DNA of 64,000 bases from Terracidiphilus sp. (GCA_049518535.1 JBEKRS010000019.1:12033-76032), one strand, 5' to 3'. Positions 10,629-21,970 are shown, counted from the stretch's first letter. Notes: generated by a model from the letters alone, not told the origin. Program-made: numbers and translations.

Positions 10629-12077
10629 ATGTCCAACGAACAACAATCCGTAAAGATGTGGTCCGGCCGTTTTCGCGAGCCGCTGGATGCGGAGTTTGAA
10701 GCATGGCAGCGTTCCATCGGCTTCGATTGGCGGCTTCTCGACGAAGAAATCGCCGCCAGCAAGGCGCACGCATCGGCTCTCTACGCGGCGAAGATTCTTA
10801 CAAAGGATGAAACCTCAGAGTTGCGCGCGGCGCTCGACGCGATTGCAGCCGAGCACTCATCCGACGTAGGCAAGGCGCAGGTGCGCGATCACGCTACGGC
10901 CGAAGACATTCATCACTTTGTCGAACTATCATTAGTGGATCGCATCGGCCCTCTTGGCCTTAAACTGCACACCGGCCGCAGCCGCAACGAGCAGATCGCT
11001 ACCGATCTGCGCCTCTATGTACGCAAACAGATTGCGCTCACTCTGGAGGCGCTTATCGCGTGGGTCAATGCGCTGGTCGAAAAGGCTGAAGCCGCCGAAG
11101 ATGCAGTGATGCCCAGCTACACGCACATGCAGAGGGCCGAGCCAGTGCTGGTTGCGCACTGGCTGCTGGCGTATGTCGCAATGATCATGCGCGACGTTGG
11201 CCGGCTCATGGATTGCAAGGAGCGGCTCAACTATTGTCCGCTCGGCTCGGGCGCGGTGGCCGGCGCCACGCTCGCTCTCGATCGCACCATTGCCGCAAAA
11301 GAACTTGGCTTTGCAGGCCCAACCAGCAATTCCATAGATGCGACCAGCGATCGAGATTTTATTCTGGAATATCTTCAGGCTCTGACCTTTATTGGTTTGC
11401 ATCTGAGCCGTTTTGCGGAAGAAATCACGCTCTTTGCCACGGCGGAATTCGGCTTTGTTACTCTGCCCGAGGCCTTTTCGACCGGCTCCAGCGCCATGCC
11501 GCAGAAGAAAAATCCCGACCTCACCGAGCTGATTCGCGCCAAAGTCGGCCGCATTCACGGCGCCGCTGAGGCCGTTACGCTACAACTCAAGGGTCTGCCC
11601 TTGGCATACAATAAAGATATGCAGGAGACCCAGGAGCCGGCATTTTCAGTCGAGTTTGTGCCGCCGATGCTCACGCTGGCAGCGCGGTTCACCGCCGCTC
11701 TCCAGTTCAATCGCGAGCGCATGAACGAGGCTGCGAAATCGGGCTACTTGAACGCTATGGCTGCAGCCACCTATCTCGTCCACAAGGGCGTTCCCTTTCG
11801 GACAGCACACGAGAAGATAGGTCACGCCGTGCGCTTCGCCATCGAGAAAGGTGTCGAGTTGAACGCACTCCCTCTCGACGAACTCCGCAAGTTTGGCGAG
11901 GAGTTTGAAGAGGATTTCTTCGCGGCAATCACGCTTGAGGCCACACTCGATTGCCATAACGTGATCGGCGGAACCGCGCGCGAGCGAGTGCGCAAGGACC
12001 TAACTTCCCTGCGGAAGCATCTTGCTACTTTGCCCAATCTAAAGCAGCATGAGGAGGCCGCACATGCTGGTTCGTAA
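10629..12077 (+). CDS. argH: Argininosuccinate lyase
   Basis: MWSGRF, HTGRSRNEQ, PSYTHMQRA, GSSAMPQKKNPD. Confidence 0.96.
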   Translation: MSNEQQSVKMWSGRFREPLDAEFEAWQRSIGFDWRLLDEEIAASKAHASALYAAKILTKDETSELRAALDAIAAEHSSDVGKAQVRDHATAEDIHHFVELSLVDRIGPLGLKLHTGRSRNEQIATDLRLYVRKQIALTLEALIAWVNALVEKAEAAEDAVMPSYTHMQRAEPVLVAHWLLAYVAMIMRDVGRLMDCKERLNYCPLGSGAVAGATLALDRTIAAKELGFAGPTSNSIDATSDRDFILEYLQALTFIGLHLSRFAEEITLFATAEFGFVTLPEAFSTGSSAMPQKKNPDLTELIRAKVGRIHGAAEAVTLQLKGLPLAYNKDMQETQEPAFSVEFVPPMLTLAARFTAALQFNRERMNEAAKSGYLNAMAAATYLVHKGVPFRTAHEKIGHAVRFAIEKGVELNALPLDELRKFGEEFEEDFFAAITLEATLDCHNVIGGTARERVRKDLTSLRKHLATLPNLKQHEEAAHAGS

Positions 12078-12585
12078 GGCCCTGCTCCGCGATGCCTCCA
12101 ACGTCTATGACCTGGTAAACTCGCTCTCGACAGACGGCACGCTGCTCAAGCGCGCTTTCGCCGAGATCTGCGAAAATATTCGCGACTTCACCGTCGCTGA
12201 ATCCGATGGCGGCGTCTTCCTCGGCTGCGGCGCGCTGCATTTCTACGGGCCGCATCTCTGTGAGGTGCGTTCCATCGTGGTCAAGCCGGCTGCTAAAGGC
12301 CAAGGCGCAGGCGGACGTATTCTCGCCGCGCTGATGGAAGAGGCCGAAGAACACGGCATTCAATCCATCTGCTTGTTCACGCGCATCCCGGACTTTTTCT
12401 TTAAATATGGCTTTCGCACCGTCGAAGACAAGGCCGAGTTACCGGACAAAGTCTTCAAGGACTGCCAGAACTGCCCTCGTCTCCATCGCTGCGACGAGGT
12501 TGCGATGGTGCGCGGACGCATTCCCCGCATCTCCGTTCTGGGACCACGCGAAGAAGCTCGGCAGTTAGTCCACATCTCAAGCTAA
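12064..12585 (+). CDS. Single-domain GNAT acetyltransferase, probable N-acetylglutamate synthase
   Basis: CGALH, EVRSIVV, GQGAG GNAT motifs; last gene of arg operon, overlaps argH stop. Confidence 0.75.
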   Translation: MLVRKALLRDASNVYDLVNSLSTDGTLLKRAFAEICENIRDFTVAESDGGVFLGCGALHFYGPHLCEVRSIVVKPAAKGQGAGGRILAALMEEAEEHGIQSICLFTRIPDFFFKYGFRTVEDKAELPDKVFKDCQNCPRLHRCDEVAMVRGRIPRISVLGPREEARQLVHISS

Positions 12586-12918
12586 TGGGATTTTACGGTT
12601 GACGAAATAATTAGTTCGGAAAAGATGATAAATATCTGCAAGTTTTAGGGGTCAAAAATAAATATAAATAGGGGGAGGGGGGTACCCCTGCGGCGTGGAT
12701 GCAGCGACCATGAGAAGGTTCTGGCTCTCATGGGGCTGTCACGCGTACCATTTCAGCGTCGGAGACCCTCGTTTTGGGAGTCTGCGAGGCTTCTTCACAC
12801 TTCGACCCATTGCTATTGTGCATCAGGTGAAGATTATTATCTGCAAGAGATTGAGATGGGATATTTGACTTCGGCAGTGCTCGTCGGGGAGTGCGATGCC
12901 CCCTAAAATTGGTAGCAT

Positions 12919-15297
12919 TCATTTTTTGACGATGCTTTTGTTACCTAGCATCGCGGCGGCAATAGCGGCCTGGCCATAACTCAGGCCTCCATCGCCGGGG
13001 CTGACTTGTACGTGCTGAAAGACCTCGAAGCCCTCTTCCTCCAGCCCTTCACGGAGCAGCCGCGCTAAGCGACGGTTCGCCATGCAGCCGCCGCTTAGTA
13101 CAACCTGACCAATCCCAGTCTCCTGGCGTGCATTCCCCGCCGCCAATATCAAGCCCTCTGCTACTCCAACATGGAACCGTGCCGCGATTTTTTTCTTGTT
13201 TAAACCACGCCGTAGACCGTCGACTAGCGCTTCCCACACGTCACTTGTTTTGATAATCAACGAACCGTCATGATGGGCATCGGCGCAACTCCCATGAGCC
13301 CAAAGCGAAGGCACAAATCCGTTGTCGTTCAAGCGATCCGACTCGTCAATCGCCAGTCCTTCCAACTCAATCGCTGCTTGCGCCTCGTAGTCCACGACGC
13401 GACGGCCCAGAACGACGGCGGCCACAGCGTCGAAGAGCCGTCCCAGACTCGAAGTCATAGGCGTGTTGATTCCTCGCTCGATCATGCGCTCTAACACTCG
13501 CGCTTCTTCGGTCGACGCTCCAGCAAGCGACGCCGCCGACTCTACATCGAAGCCCGCCGCGCGCAACGCCGCAAACGCCATGCGCCATGGCTCCTTGACC
13601 GCTGCCTCGCCACCGGGCATGGGCACATACTCAAGATGCGCGAAGCGCTCGAAGTCCTGCAAGCGCGCTATCAACACTTCCCCGCCCCAAATCTTTCCAT
13701 CGGTTCCGTAGCCGGTGCCGTCGAGCGCGAGGCCGATCACTTGGTCAGTGAGTCCGTGCTCGGCCATGCAGCCTGCCACGTGCGCATGATGATGCTGCAC
13801 GGCGATCAGCGGGAGCCTGCGCTCGGCAGCCCACTCTTTGGCCCAGGACGTGGACAGATACCCCGGATGCATGTCGTGTACAACGGTCTGCGGCTCGATC
13901 TCAAAGGTGTGCATCAGATGGTCGAGCGACTCGCGGAAGAATTCAAGACCAGTCAGGTTTTCCAGATCGCCCAGGTGCTGGCTCTGATAGGCAGAGCGTC
14001 CTTGTGCCAGCGTAAAGACACTCTTCAAATGTCCACCAACAGCCAGAAGCGGCGGTGCGTCAAACGGGAGCGGCACAGCCAGAGGCACAAAGCCGCGCGC
14101 TCTCCTGATCAGTTGCGGCGCAGAATCAGCCTCAGCCATTACGGAGTCGTCGCAGCGTTGCAGGATCTCTCGATCGTGCATCAGGAAAGCATCGGCAATG
14201 GCTCCGAGTCGCGCAAGCGCCTCGTCGTTGTCGATGGCGATCGGCTCTTCGCTGAGGTTGGCAGAGGTCATGACTAGAGCGCGCACGCGAGGATCAGCAA
14301 AGAGCAAGTGTTGTAGCGGAGCATAAGGCAGGAAGATGCCGAGCCAAGGAATCCCCGGCGCGACGCCGTCTGCAATGCCGCAGCCCTCGCGCCGGCGCAC
14401 CAGCACGATAGGCCGCGCAGGGGTCGAGAGCATCGCCTCTTCTTCGGCGGTCAGTGCAGAGAGCGCACACGCCGCATCGAGATTGCGCACCATCACCGCC
14501 AGCGGCTTTCCGTAGCGACGTTTACGCTCGCGCAGACGCATCACCGCTGCCTGGTTGGTGGCATCGACGCTCAGATGAAAGCCGCCGATCCCTTTGATGG
14601 CCATGATGTCGCCCGCTACAAGGCGAGCGATAGACATGGCCACGGCGTCACAAGCAGCCACAGCGTCGTCTGCCGCGATCTTTGCTCCATCGGCTCCTAC
14701 CATCCAGACACGCGGCCCGCAGTCCCAACACGCATTGGGCTGCGCGTGGAAGCGGCGGTTCAAGGGGTCGTCATACTCCTGTTGGCAGGCGGGGCACATG
14801 GGAAACTTGGCCATGGAGGTCTGCGGCCGGTCGTAGGGAATGCGGCGGGTGATAGTGAAGCGCGGGCCGCAATTGGTGCAGTTCAGGAATGGATAACGGT
14901 AGCGGCGGTCTGCCGGATCGAGCAACTCTCGCACGCAATCGATGCAGGTTGCTGCGTCCGCTGGAATTCCGGTGCTCACTCGACCGACGACTTCACTGCT
15001 GACAATTTTGAATCCAGTCTCGCCGGTTGCGGCCATCTCACTTACGGCGATGGAGTCAATTCGAGCTAGGGTTGGGGTCTGCGACTGCAAGCGAGCGAGG
15101 AACGCTTTTACACGCTCCTCGGGGCCTTCGATCTCAATCTTCACTCCATCGGTATCGTTGCCGACAAACCCTGCCAGGCCCTCTTCCAAAGCAAGCCGGT
15201 AAACGAACGGACGAAAGCCCACGCCTTGCACCACGCCGCGGATCAGCACTTCTTGACGTTTTGGTTGGGTTTTGTAAGTCAACAGAAGGCCTCGCAC
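12919..15297 (-). CDS. hypF: [NiFe]-hydrogenase maturation carbamoyltransferase
   Basis: GVVQGVGFRPF acylphosphatase domain, two CxxC-x18-CxxC zinc fingers, QHHHAH, DGTGYG, PGDGGLSYGQ. Confidence 0.96.
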   Translation of the reverse strand: MRGLLLTYKTQPKRQEVLIRGVVQGVGFRPFVYRLALEEGLAGFVGNDTDGVKIEIEGPEERVKAFLARLQSQTPTLARIDSIAVSEMAATGETGFKIVSSEVVGRVSTGIPADAATCIDCVRELLDPADRRYRYPFLNCTNCGPRFTITRRIPYDRPQTSMAKFPMCPACQQEYDDPLNRRFHAQPNACWDCGPRVWMVGADGAKIAADDAVAACDAVAMSIARLVAGDIMAIKGIGGFHLSVDATNQAAVMRLRERKRRYGKPLAVMVRNLDAACALSALTAEEEAMLSTPARPIVLVRRREGCGIADGVAPGIPWLGIFLPYAPLQHLLFADPRVRALVMTSANLSEEPIAIDNDEALARLGAIADAFLMHDREILQRCDDSVMAEADSAPQLIRRARGFVPLAVPLPFDAPPLLAVGGHLKSVFTLAQGRSAYQSQHLGDLENLTGLEFFRESLDHLMHTFEIEPQTVVHDMHPGYLSTSWAKEWAAERRLPLIAVQHHHAHVAGCMAEHGLTDQVIGLALDGTGYGTDGKIWGGEVLIARLQDFERFAHLEYVPMPGGEAAVKEPWRMAFAALRAAGFDVESAASLAGASTEEARVLERMIERGINTPMTSSLGRLFDAVAAVVLGRRVVDYEAQAAIELEGLAIDESDRLNDNGFVPSLWAHGSCADAHHDGSLIIKTSDVWEALVDGLRRGLNKKKIAARFHVGVAEGLILAAGNARQETGIGQVVLSGGCMANRRLARLLREGLEEEGFEVFQHVQVSPGDGGLSYGQAAIAAAMLGNKSIVKK

Positions 15298-15377
15298 CGG
15301 AGACCAGCATAGCGCATTGGTCCCGGCGACCGGTTGACGCGAAAGGCTTAATCTGGAAAGAGTAGTGAAGACAGGGA

Positions 15378-16112
15378 TTGAACAGAATGAATCTCCGGGG
15401 AGTTAGAGCAGAACAAATCATTGCGGCAGCGATTCTTTTTGCAAGCCTGGGGGCGGCCACTGTTCGAGGCCAGCAGCCGGACTCTGCATCGGTTATTGCG
15501 CAAATTGATGCCGCAGTCAAAGCCCGAGTCGACCAGGTTGCGCAATACACTGTTACCGAGCACTACGCCGTGTATCGGGGTAACGATGAAACACATCCGG
15601 CGGCTGAGATGACGGTCAAGACTCTCTATCGGAAGGAATCCGGCAAGAGTTACACCATTCTTTCCGAATCTGGCTCCGGGTTTATTCGGACACATGTGCT
15701 ACGCCCGCTGCTCGACAGTGAGAAGGAAATCAATTTGCCCGGCAACCGGGAGCATTCGTGGTTTACTTCCGCCAACTATGAAATGACGGTCCAGCCCGGT
15801 GGTGTGCAGAGGCAGGATGGACGAGATTGCTGGGCCGTGGCTATCACACCGAAGCGCAAAGCGACGAATATGATCGAAGGAACCATCTGGGTAGACACTA
15901 AGGACGGATCGATTGTGCGCCTGGAAGGAACCGCAACGCAAAGTCCCTCGGTGTTTGTTGGACCCGCACAGGTGATGCGCCAATACGCCAGCATGAGCGG
16001 CTTTGCGATGGCCACCCATGCGCATGCCGTAACAGGTAGCTTTCTTCTTGGCCAGACCGTCGTGACCATCGACTATCGGGATTACCAGATTCAGGTTCAA
16101 CCGGCGAAGTGA
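15378..16112 (+). CDS. Secreted hypothetical protein (possibly LolA/RseB-like fold)
   Basis: Signal-peptide-like N-terminus, beta-rich; overlaps the next gene start. Confidence 0.6.
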   Translation: MNRMNLRGVRAEQIIAAAILFASLGAATVRGQQPDSASVIAQIDAAVKARVDQVAQYTVTEHYAVYRGNDETHPAAEMTVKTLYRKESGKSYTILSESGSGFIRTHVLRPLLDSEKEINLPGNREHSWFTSANYEMTVQPGGVQRQDGRDCWAVAITPKRKATNMIEGTIWVDTKDGSIVRLEGTATQSPSVFVGPAQVMRQYASMSGFAMATHAHAVTGSFLLGQTVVTIDYRDYQIQVQPAK

Positions 16113-16960
16113 GCGAAGGCGGCTGCAATCCTGGCGCGCGGCTGCATTCCCAGAGCCTATTGGGCCGATTCTCGACTATACTGGGCGATGTGAGTCCAAT
16201 TTTCGGCGACTGGAAACTCGATGCCGCGCTCGGCTCCTGCCTGCTGCTGGGGTTGCGCCACGGTTTTGATTACGACCATCTGGCCGCCATCTCGGACATT
16301 ACAGCTGTACAGCGCAATTGGCGAAGCGGATTGCGGCTGGGCATGACGTATGCCCTGGGGCACGCCTTCACGGTGGCCGCGCTGGGGATTGCAGTGCTGG
16401 AGTTGCACATGGGCCTTCCCGAAGGTCTGGACCATTGGACAGAGCGACTGATCGGGCTCACTCTGATCGTGCTGGGTATTGGGGTGGTGGCGGGGATTCT
16501 GCGCAAGGACGCACATGGCCACGCGCATGGCCGCATCGAAAGCCGATTGGCCATCGCCATCAACGGGGTGCTGTGGCTGGCGTGGAAGGTGCGCCGATGT
16601 TGGAACCCTCAAGCCGCACAACCTGAGCGTTTTCAGTGGATGTATAACGGAAAGTCTGTCTTCGTTATTGGAATTTTGCACGGTGTGGGCGCCGAGACTC
16701 CGAGTCAGTTGGCGCTGTTTTTCCTCACCGCCAATCTTGGCGGAACTTCTCGCGGCATGATGGGACTGGCAGCCTTCTCGGTTGGCCTGGTGGCCATGAA
16801 TGCTCTGATGACCGCGACTATGGGCGGAGCCTTCCGCGCCAGCGGCCACCATCATCCACGCCTTTACCACGCCATTGCATGGACCGGCGCCGCGTATAGT
16901 TGCATCATCGGTGTCATCTTTTTGTTCGGGATTTCAGATCATCTGCCACCACTGGGATAG
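16109..16960 (+). CDS. High-affinity nickel/cobalt permease (NiCoT, HoxN/NixA-like)
   Basis: LGLRHGFDYDHLAAI matches the NiCoT RHAxDADH signature; YALGH; His-rich loop; next to hydrogenase genes. Confidence 0.85.
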   Translation: MSEGGCNPGARLHSQSLLGRFSTILGDVSPIFGDWKLDAALGSCLLLGLRHGFDYDHLAAISDITAVQRNWRSGLRLGMTYALGHAFTVAALGIAVLELHMGLPEGLDHWTERLIGLTLIVLGIGVVAGILRKDAHGHAHGRIESRLAIAINGVLWLAWKVRRCWNPQAAQPERFQWMYNGKSVFVIGILHGVGAETPSQLALFFLTANLGGTSRGMMGLAAFSVGLVAMNALMTATMGGAFRASGHHHPRLYHAIAWTGAAYSCIIGVIFLFGISDHLPPLG

Positions 16961-17014
16961 AAAAACAGAAATTGCATTTCCAGTCCGGGACAATTTCCGC
17001 TTGCTCCTCCGGAT

Positions 17015-17050
17015 TGTGTAGGTTATCACTCCTCGTGACCGTGGTCACGA
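17015..17050. promoter_or_regulatory. Two GTGA-N6-TCAC-type palindromes upstream of hoxE
   Basis: TGTGT-N6-TCACT 17015-17030; TCGTGACC-GT-GGTCACGA 17033-17050 (perfect 8-bp arms). Confidence 0.5.
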
Positions 17051-17146
17051 AGAGGTAGAAGCCCCGGATCGTATAAGAAAGATCAGATATGGGAGCGAGC
17101 GCGGCGGCGCAATCGTCATTCGCCTCACTCCTTGTAGGGAGGATTT

Positions 17147-17644
17147 GTGCCTGCATTCACACCACCGCCGCTGCCCAGCGACGATAAACGCTGGAAGATC
17201 GTGAACGGCACCATGCGCAAGAATGGTTTTGCGCGTCACGCGCTGATTGAAACGCTTCATACCGTGCAATCTGCGTTCGGCTATCTGGACGACGATGCGA
17301 TCCGCTTTGTGGCCCAATCCCTGCGTGTGCCCTTGAGCCAGGCCTATGGGGTGGTGACGTTTTATCACTACTTCAGCCTCAAGCCGCCCGGCAAGCACAC
17401 CATGACCATCTGCACCGGAACAGCTTGCTACATCAAAGGCACCGACAAGCTGGTTGCCGCTGCTGAAAAGCACCTCGGTGTTTCCCAGGGCCAGACTACC
17501 AAGGACGGCCAGATCAGCTTGATGACAGCCCGTTGCGTGGGCGCCTGCGGCCGCGCGCCAGTGGTGTTGACCGACGGAGCGATGGTGGGCCAAATAACCA
17601 GCGAGCAGATATTGGAGCAACTGGAAAGGTGGGCAGTGGAATGA
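17147..17644 (+). CDS. hoxE: Bidirectional hydrogenase diaphorase subunit (NuoE-like)
   Basis: ICTGTAC, RCVGACG [2Fe-2S] motifs; SD AGGAGG before GTG. Confidence 0.9.
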   Translation: MPAFTPPPLPSDDKRWKIVNGTMRKNGFARHALIETLHTVQSAFGYLDDDAIRFVAQSLRVPLSQAYGVVTFYHYFSLKPPGKHTMTICTGTACYIKGTDKLVAAAEKHLGVSQGQTTKDGQISLMTARCVGACGRAPVVLTDGAMVGQITSEQILEQLERWAVE

Positions 17645-19281
17645 CCATCGAGGAACTGGATCAAATCGCCGAATCTGTGCGCGTGGAAAACGCGAAATTC
17701 GATTACGAAATCAATGTCTGCATGGGGACTGGATGCCTTAGCCAGCACTCGGACCAGTTGAAGGACGCCCTGACGACCGCGGTCCAGGCACAAGGCAAGA
17801 ATGCTCTGGTGCGCCGCACTGGTTGCATGGGACTGTGCGCCGCTGGACCGCTGGTGCTGGTGGACCCGGAAGAGATTCTTTATCAGCATTTGGATGCAAG
17901 CCATGCGGAAGCCGTAACGGCGAGCCTGGGAGGAAATCCCATCCAGGAGCTGCAATGCGAATTGCGCGAACACTTCGACCAGCAGGTTCATGTGGTTCTG
18001 GAGAACTCAGGCCATATCGACCCGGAAAAGATTGACGACTACATTGCTCGCGACGGCTACCGGGCACTGCTGACGGCGCTGAATGATATGACACCCCACG
18101 GCGTAATCCGGCAGATCACCGAAAGCGGCCTCAGAGGGCGCGGCGGCGGCGGCTATCCCACCGGTTTGAAGTGGAGCACGGTTGCCAAGGCCACCGGAGA
18201 CGTAAAGTACATCATCTGCAACGGCGACGAGGGCGATCCGGGCGCATTCATGGACCGCAGCGTTCTCGAGAGCGATCCGCAGCGGGTGGTCGAGGGCATG
18301 GCTATCGCGGCCTATGCCGTGGGCGCAAGCAAGGGCTATGTCTATGTCCGCGCCGAATATCCTCTGGCGGTAAGCCGTCTGACGGCTTGCCTGCGTGACG
18401 CGCGGCGCCGCGGCCTGCTCGGCAATAACATCGGCAACACGGCTTTCAGCTTTGATGTGGAGATTCGCCTGGGCGCAGGGGCCTTTGTCTGCGGCGAGGA
18501 GACGGCGCTGATCTCCTCAATCGAGGGGCGGCGCGGCACGCCCAAACCACGGCCTCCTTACCCGGCAGTCAGCGGCATCTGGGGCAAGCCAACACTGATC
18601 AATAACGTAGAGACCTTTGCTAATATTGCGCCCATCATTCGCAAGGGCGGCCGTTGGTTTGCCGGCATGGGATCAGACAGAAGCAAGGGCACCAAGGTCT
18701 TTGCACTGACCGGCAAGATAACCAACACTGGCCTGGTAGAAGTGCCGATGGGCATCAAGCTGCGCGAGATTATCGAAGTGATCGGCGGCGGCGTGCCAGA
18801 CGGACACACATTCAAAGCGGTGCAGACCGGCGGTCCTTCTGGCGGCTGCCTGCCGGCGGAGATGCTGGACATCGGGGTCAGCTACGACGCACTCATCCGA
18901 GTCGGCTCGATCATGGGCTCGGGCGGCATGATCGTCATGGACGATACCTCCTGCATGGTCAATGTGGCGAAGTTCTTCATCGAGTTCTGCATGACCGAAT
19001 CCTGCGGCAAATGCATTCCCTGCCGCGCAGGCACGGCGCAGATGTACACCTTGCTGACACGCATTTGTGAAGGCCTGGGTACCATGGACGATCTGAATCT
19101 GCTGATGGAGTTGTGCGACACGGTCAAAAACACCAGCCTTTGCGGCCTGGGCCAAACGGCGCCAAACCCGGTGCTGAGCACGCTGAAGTATTTCCGAAGC
19201 GAGTACATTGAGCACATTGTGCACAAGCGCTGTCCGGCCGGCGTGTGCAACCTGAAAGTTCCCGTGGAGGTTTCGGCATGA
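17641..19281 (+). CDS. hoxF: Bidirectional hydrogenase FMN/NADH subunit (NuoF-like)
   Basis: [38 protein letters not shown]; ATGA overlap with hoxE. Confidence 0.92.
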   Translation: MTIEELDQIAESVRVENAKFDYEINVCMGTGCLSQHSDQLKDALTTAVQAQGKNALVRRTGCMGLCAAGPLVLVDPEEILYQHLDASHAEAVTASLGGNPIQELQCELREHFDQQVHVVLENSGHIDPEKIDDYIARDGYRALLTALNDMTPHGVIRQITESGLRGRGGGGYPTGLKWSTVAKATGDVKYIICNGDEGDPGAFMDRSVLESDPQRVVEGMAIAAYAVGASKGYVYVRAEYPLAVSRLTACLRDARRRGLLGNNIGNTAFSFDVEIRLGAGAFVCGEETALISSIEGRRGTPKPRPPYPAVSGIWGKPTLINNVETFANIAPIIRKGGRWFAGMGSDRSKGTKVFALTGKITNTGLVEVPMGIKLREIIEVIGGGVPDGHTFKAVQTGGPSGGCLPAEMLDIGVSYDALIRVGSIMGSGGMIVMDDTSCMVNVAKFFIEFCMTESCGKCIPCRAGTAQMYTLLTRICEGLGTMDDLNLLMELCDTVKNTSLCGLGQTAPNPVLSTLKYFRSEYIEHIVHKRCPAGVCNLKVPVEVSA

Positions 19282-19991
19282 GTGACGCCGTCGAAGTAAA
19301 AACACTAACGATCAATGAGAAGGCAGTCAGCGGCCGCAGAGGCCAGACCATTCTGGAGGTGGCACGGGAGAACGAGATCGAAATTCCCACGCTCTGTCAC
19401 CTGGATGGGCTGAGCGACGTGGGCGCGTGCCGGCTTTGCCTGGTCGAGATCAAGGGCAACAACAAGCTGTTGCCAGCCTGCGTGGCCACCATCTTCGAGG
19501 GCATGGAAGTCTCGACCGACACGGAACGGCTGCGGAAGTATCGCCGCAACATTCTCGAACTGCTGTTTGCTGAGCGCAACCATATCTGCGCGGTTTGCGT
19601 CTCGAATGGCCACTGCGAGTTGCAAACGCTGGCCAAGGATCAGGGCCTGACCCATATCAGCCTGCCCTATCGCAACCCCTCTCTGGCCGTCGATGCCTCG
19701 CACGAACGTTTCACCCTCGATCATAACCGCTGCATTCTTTGCACACGCTGCGTGCGGGTCTGCGCGGAGATTGAAGGCGCGCACATCTGGGATGTGATGG
19801 GCCGCGGCATCGATTCGATTATCATCTCCGATCTCAAAGAACCCTGGGGAAGTTCGGCTTGCACACGCTGCGGCAAGTGCGTGCAGGTCTGCCCCACGGG
19901 AGCCCTGTTCGACAAGAGCAAGATTGGCTCCGATCACCCCAAGTATCCGGATTTTCTGCCTTACCTGAACCTCATGAGGGAAGCGCAATGA
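19278..19991 (+). CDS. hoxU: Bidirectional hydrogenase Fe-S subunit
   Basis: [39 protein letters not shown]. Confidence 0.92.
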   Translation: MSDAVEVKTLTINEKAVSGRRGQTILEVARENEIEIPTLCHLDGLSDVGACRLCLVEIKGNNKLLPACVATIFEGMEVSTDTERLRKYRRNILELLFAERNHICAVCVSNGHCELQTLAKDQGLTHISLPYRNPSLAVDASHERFTLDHNRCILCTRCVRVCAEIEGAHIWDVMGRGIDSIIISDLKEPWGSSACTRCGKCVQVCPTGALFDKSKIGSDHPKYPDFLPYLNLMREAQ

Positions 19992-20521
19992 GCAAACTTA
20001 AACTGGCAACAGTGTGGCTGGACGGATGTTCCGGCTGCCACATGTCGTTTCTCGACATGGACGAGCGGCTGCTCGAGCTGGCAGAGCTGGTCGATGTGGT
20101 CTACAGTCCTCTGGTAGACGCCAAGGTCTTCCCCGATGAAGTGGACATCACCTTGGTCGAGGGAGCCGTAGCTTCGGTAGATGATGAGACGAAGATCAAG
20201 AAGGTTCGCGCCCACTCGAAGATGCTGATCGCCATGGGCGACTGCGCCGTCACCGGCAACGTGCCATCGATGCGCAATCCCATTGGCCCGGAGGCGATTC
20301 TCGACCGGGCGTACATCGAGAACGCCAGCGCGCAGCCTCAGATTCCCTGCGTTGTGGTGCCCAAGCTATTGCGCATCGTCCGCCCCATCCACGAATTCGT
20401 GAAGGTGGATGTCTTTTTGCCCGGCTGTCCGCCCTCGGCTGACACGTTTCACACCGCGCTCACTGCGCTGGTAACCGGTGCGCCTCTGGATATTCCAGCC
20501 CTCACCCGCTTTGGAGCCTAA
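19988..20521 (+). CDS. hoxY: [NiFe]-hydrogenase small subunit
   Basis: [21 protein letters not shown]. Confidence 0.93.
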   Translation: MSKLKLATVWLDGCSGCHMSFLDMDERLLELAELVDVVYSPLVDAKVFPDEVDITLVEGAVASVDDETKIKKVRAHSKMLIAMGDCAVTGNVPSMRNPIGPEAILDRAYIENASAQPQIPCVVVPKLLRIVRPIHEFVKVDVFLPGCPPSADTFHTALTALVTGAPLDIPALTRFGA

Positions 20522-20540
20522 GACTTTTGGAGCCAGCTTT

Positions 20541-21962
20541 ATGAGTCAGACCATCACCATCGATCCCGTAACGCGCCTTGAAGGCCACGGCAAAATCACG
20601 ATCCAACTCGACAGTCAAGGCCAAGTGGAGGACGCGCATTTTCATGTTACGCAGGTGCGCGGCTTTGAGAAGTTCTCCGAAGGCCGGCCGTTTTATGAGA
20701 TGCCCAGCCTGATGGCGCGTATCTGCGGGATCTGCCCGGTCTCGCACCTGGTTGCCTCGGCCAAGGCTTGCGAAGCGATCATGTCGGTGCGCATTCCGCA
20801 TACAGCAGCGCAACTGCGGCGGGTGTTGAACCTGGCGCAGATGGTCCAGTCGCACGCGCTGAGCTTCTTCCATCTCTCGTCGCCGGATCTATTGTTGGGC
20901 ATGGAGTCCGATCCGAAGACGCGCAATATTTTTGGTGTAGTTGCCGCCAAGCCCGAGTTGGGACGCGCCGGCATCGGGCTGCGCCGCTTTGGCCAGCACA
21001 TCATCGAGTTATTGGGCAGCAAGCGCATCCACACCGGCTGGGTCGTTCCGGGCGGCGTCACCGAGCCGCTGACTTCTGCTCACAGAGACGAGATTCTTGC
21101 CACGCTGCCGGAGGCCTATGCAAACCTCAGCCTCGCGTTGACTGCCTACAAGCAGATTGCCTCGAACTTCAAGCCCGAGATCGCGATCTTCGCTAACTTC
21201 CCTTCTAACTACCTGGGACTGATCAATGAAGACGAGTCAATTGAGTTTACGGATGGCGCGCTGCGGCTGATCGACCCCAAGGGGAAGATCATCGAAGATG
21301 GCATCACCGCCAGCAAGTTCACCGAAGTGATCGGCGAGGCCGTCGAACCTTACAGCTTCACCAAGTTCGCCTATTACAAGCCGCTCGGCTATCCCGAAGG
21401 CAGCTACCGCGTAGGCCCTCTGGCACGGCTCAACATCGTGAGGTCCATGGGCACGCCGAAAGCAGAAAAAGAACTGGCGGAGTTCAAGCAGTTGGCGAAG
21501 GGGCCGGTCGAAAGTTCCTTCTACTATCATCACGCGCGGCTGGTCGAGATACTTTACGGCATTGAAAAGATCGAGCAGATTCTCGCCGACCCGCTCATCC
21601 TCGACAAGCACGTGCGCGCTACAGCCGGCGTCAATCGTCTGGAAGGTGCAGGCCAGGCCGAAGCGCCGCGCGGCACGCTCTCGCACCACTACAAGGTGGA
21701 CGAAGACGGCAAGATCACATGGGCCAATCTGGTGATCGCGACGGGCCAGAACAACAACGCCATGAACAAGGGCGTGTTGCAGGCCGCGAAAGCTTATGTG
21801 AAAGACGGCAAGTTCGCCGAAGGGATTCTCAACCGCATCGAGGCCGTGGTGCGTACTTTCGATCCCTGCCTCAGTTGCTCTACGCACGCCTTCGGGCAGA
21901 TGCCGCTCGCGATCTCGCTCGTCTCGGCTGACGGCGAGGTTGTGGACCAAGTCGTCCGCTAA
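20541..21962 (+). CDS. hoxH: [NiFe]-hydrogenase large subunit (group 3d-like)
   Basis: PVTRLEGHG, L1 RICGICPVSH, L2 DPCLSCSTH followed by a C-terminal extension. Confidence 0.95.
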   Translation: MSQTITIDPVTRLEGHGKITIQLDSQGQVEDAHFHVTQVRGFEKFSEGRPFYEMPSLMARICGICPVSHLVASAKACEAIMSVRIPHTAAQLRRVLNLAQMVQSHALSFFHLSSPDLLLGMESDPKTRNIFGVVAAKPELGRAGIGLRRFGQHIIELLGSKRIHTGWVVPGGVTEPLTSAHRDEILATLPEAYANLSLALTAYKQIASNFKPEIAIFANFPSNYLGLINEDESIEFTDGALRLIDPKGKIIEDGITASKFTEVIGEAVEPYSFTKFAYYKPLGYPEGSYRVGPLARLNIVRSMGTPKAEKELAEFKQLAKGPVESSFYYHHARLVEILYGIEKIEQILADPLILDKHVRATAGVNRLEGAGQAEAPRGTLSHHYKVDEDGKITWANLVIATGQNNNAMNKGVLQAAKAYVKDGKFAEGILNRIEAVVRTFDPCLSCSTHAFGQMPLAISLVSADGEVVDQVVR

Positions 21963-21970
21963 CTAAATCC

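Noticed and set aside
20541-21962. [NiFeSe] hydrogenase
   Set aside because: L2 motif is DPCLSC with ordinary Cys codons; no in-frame TGA.
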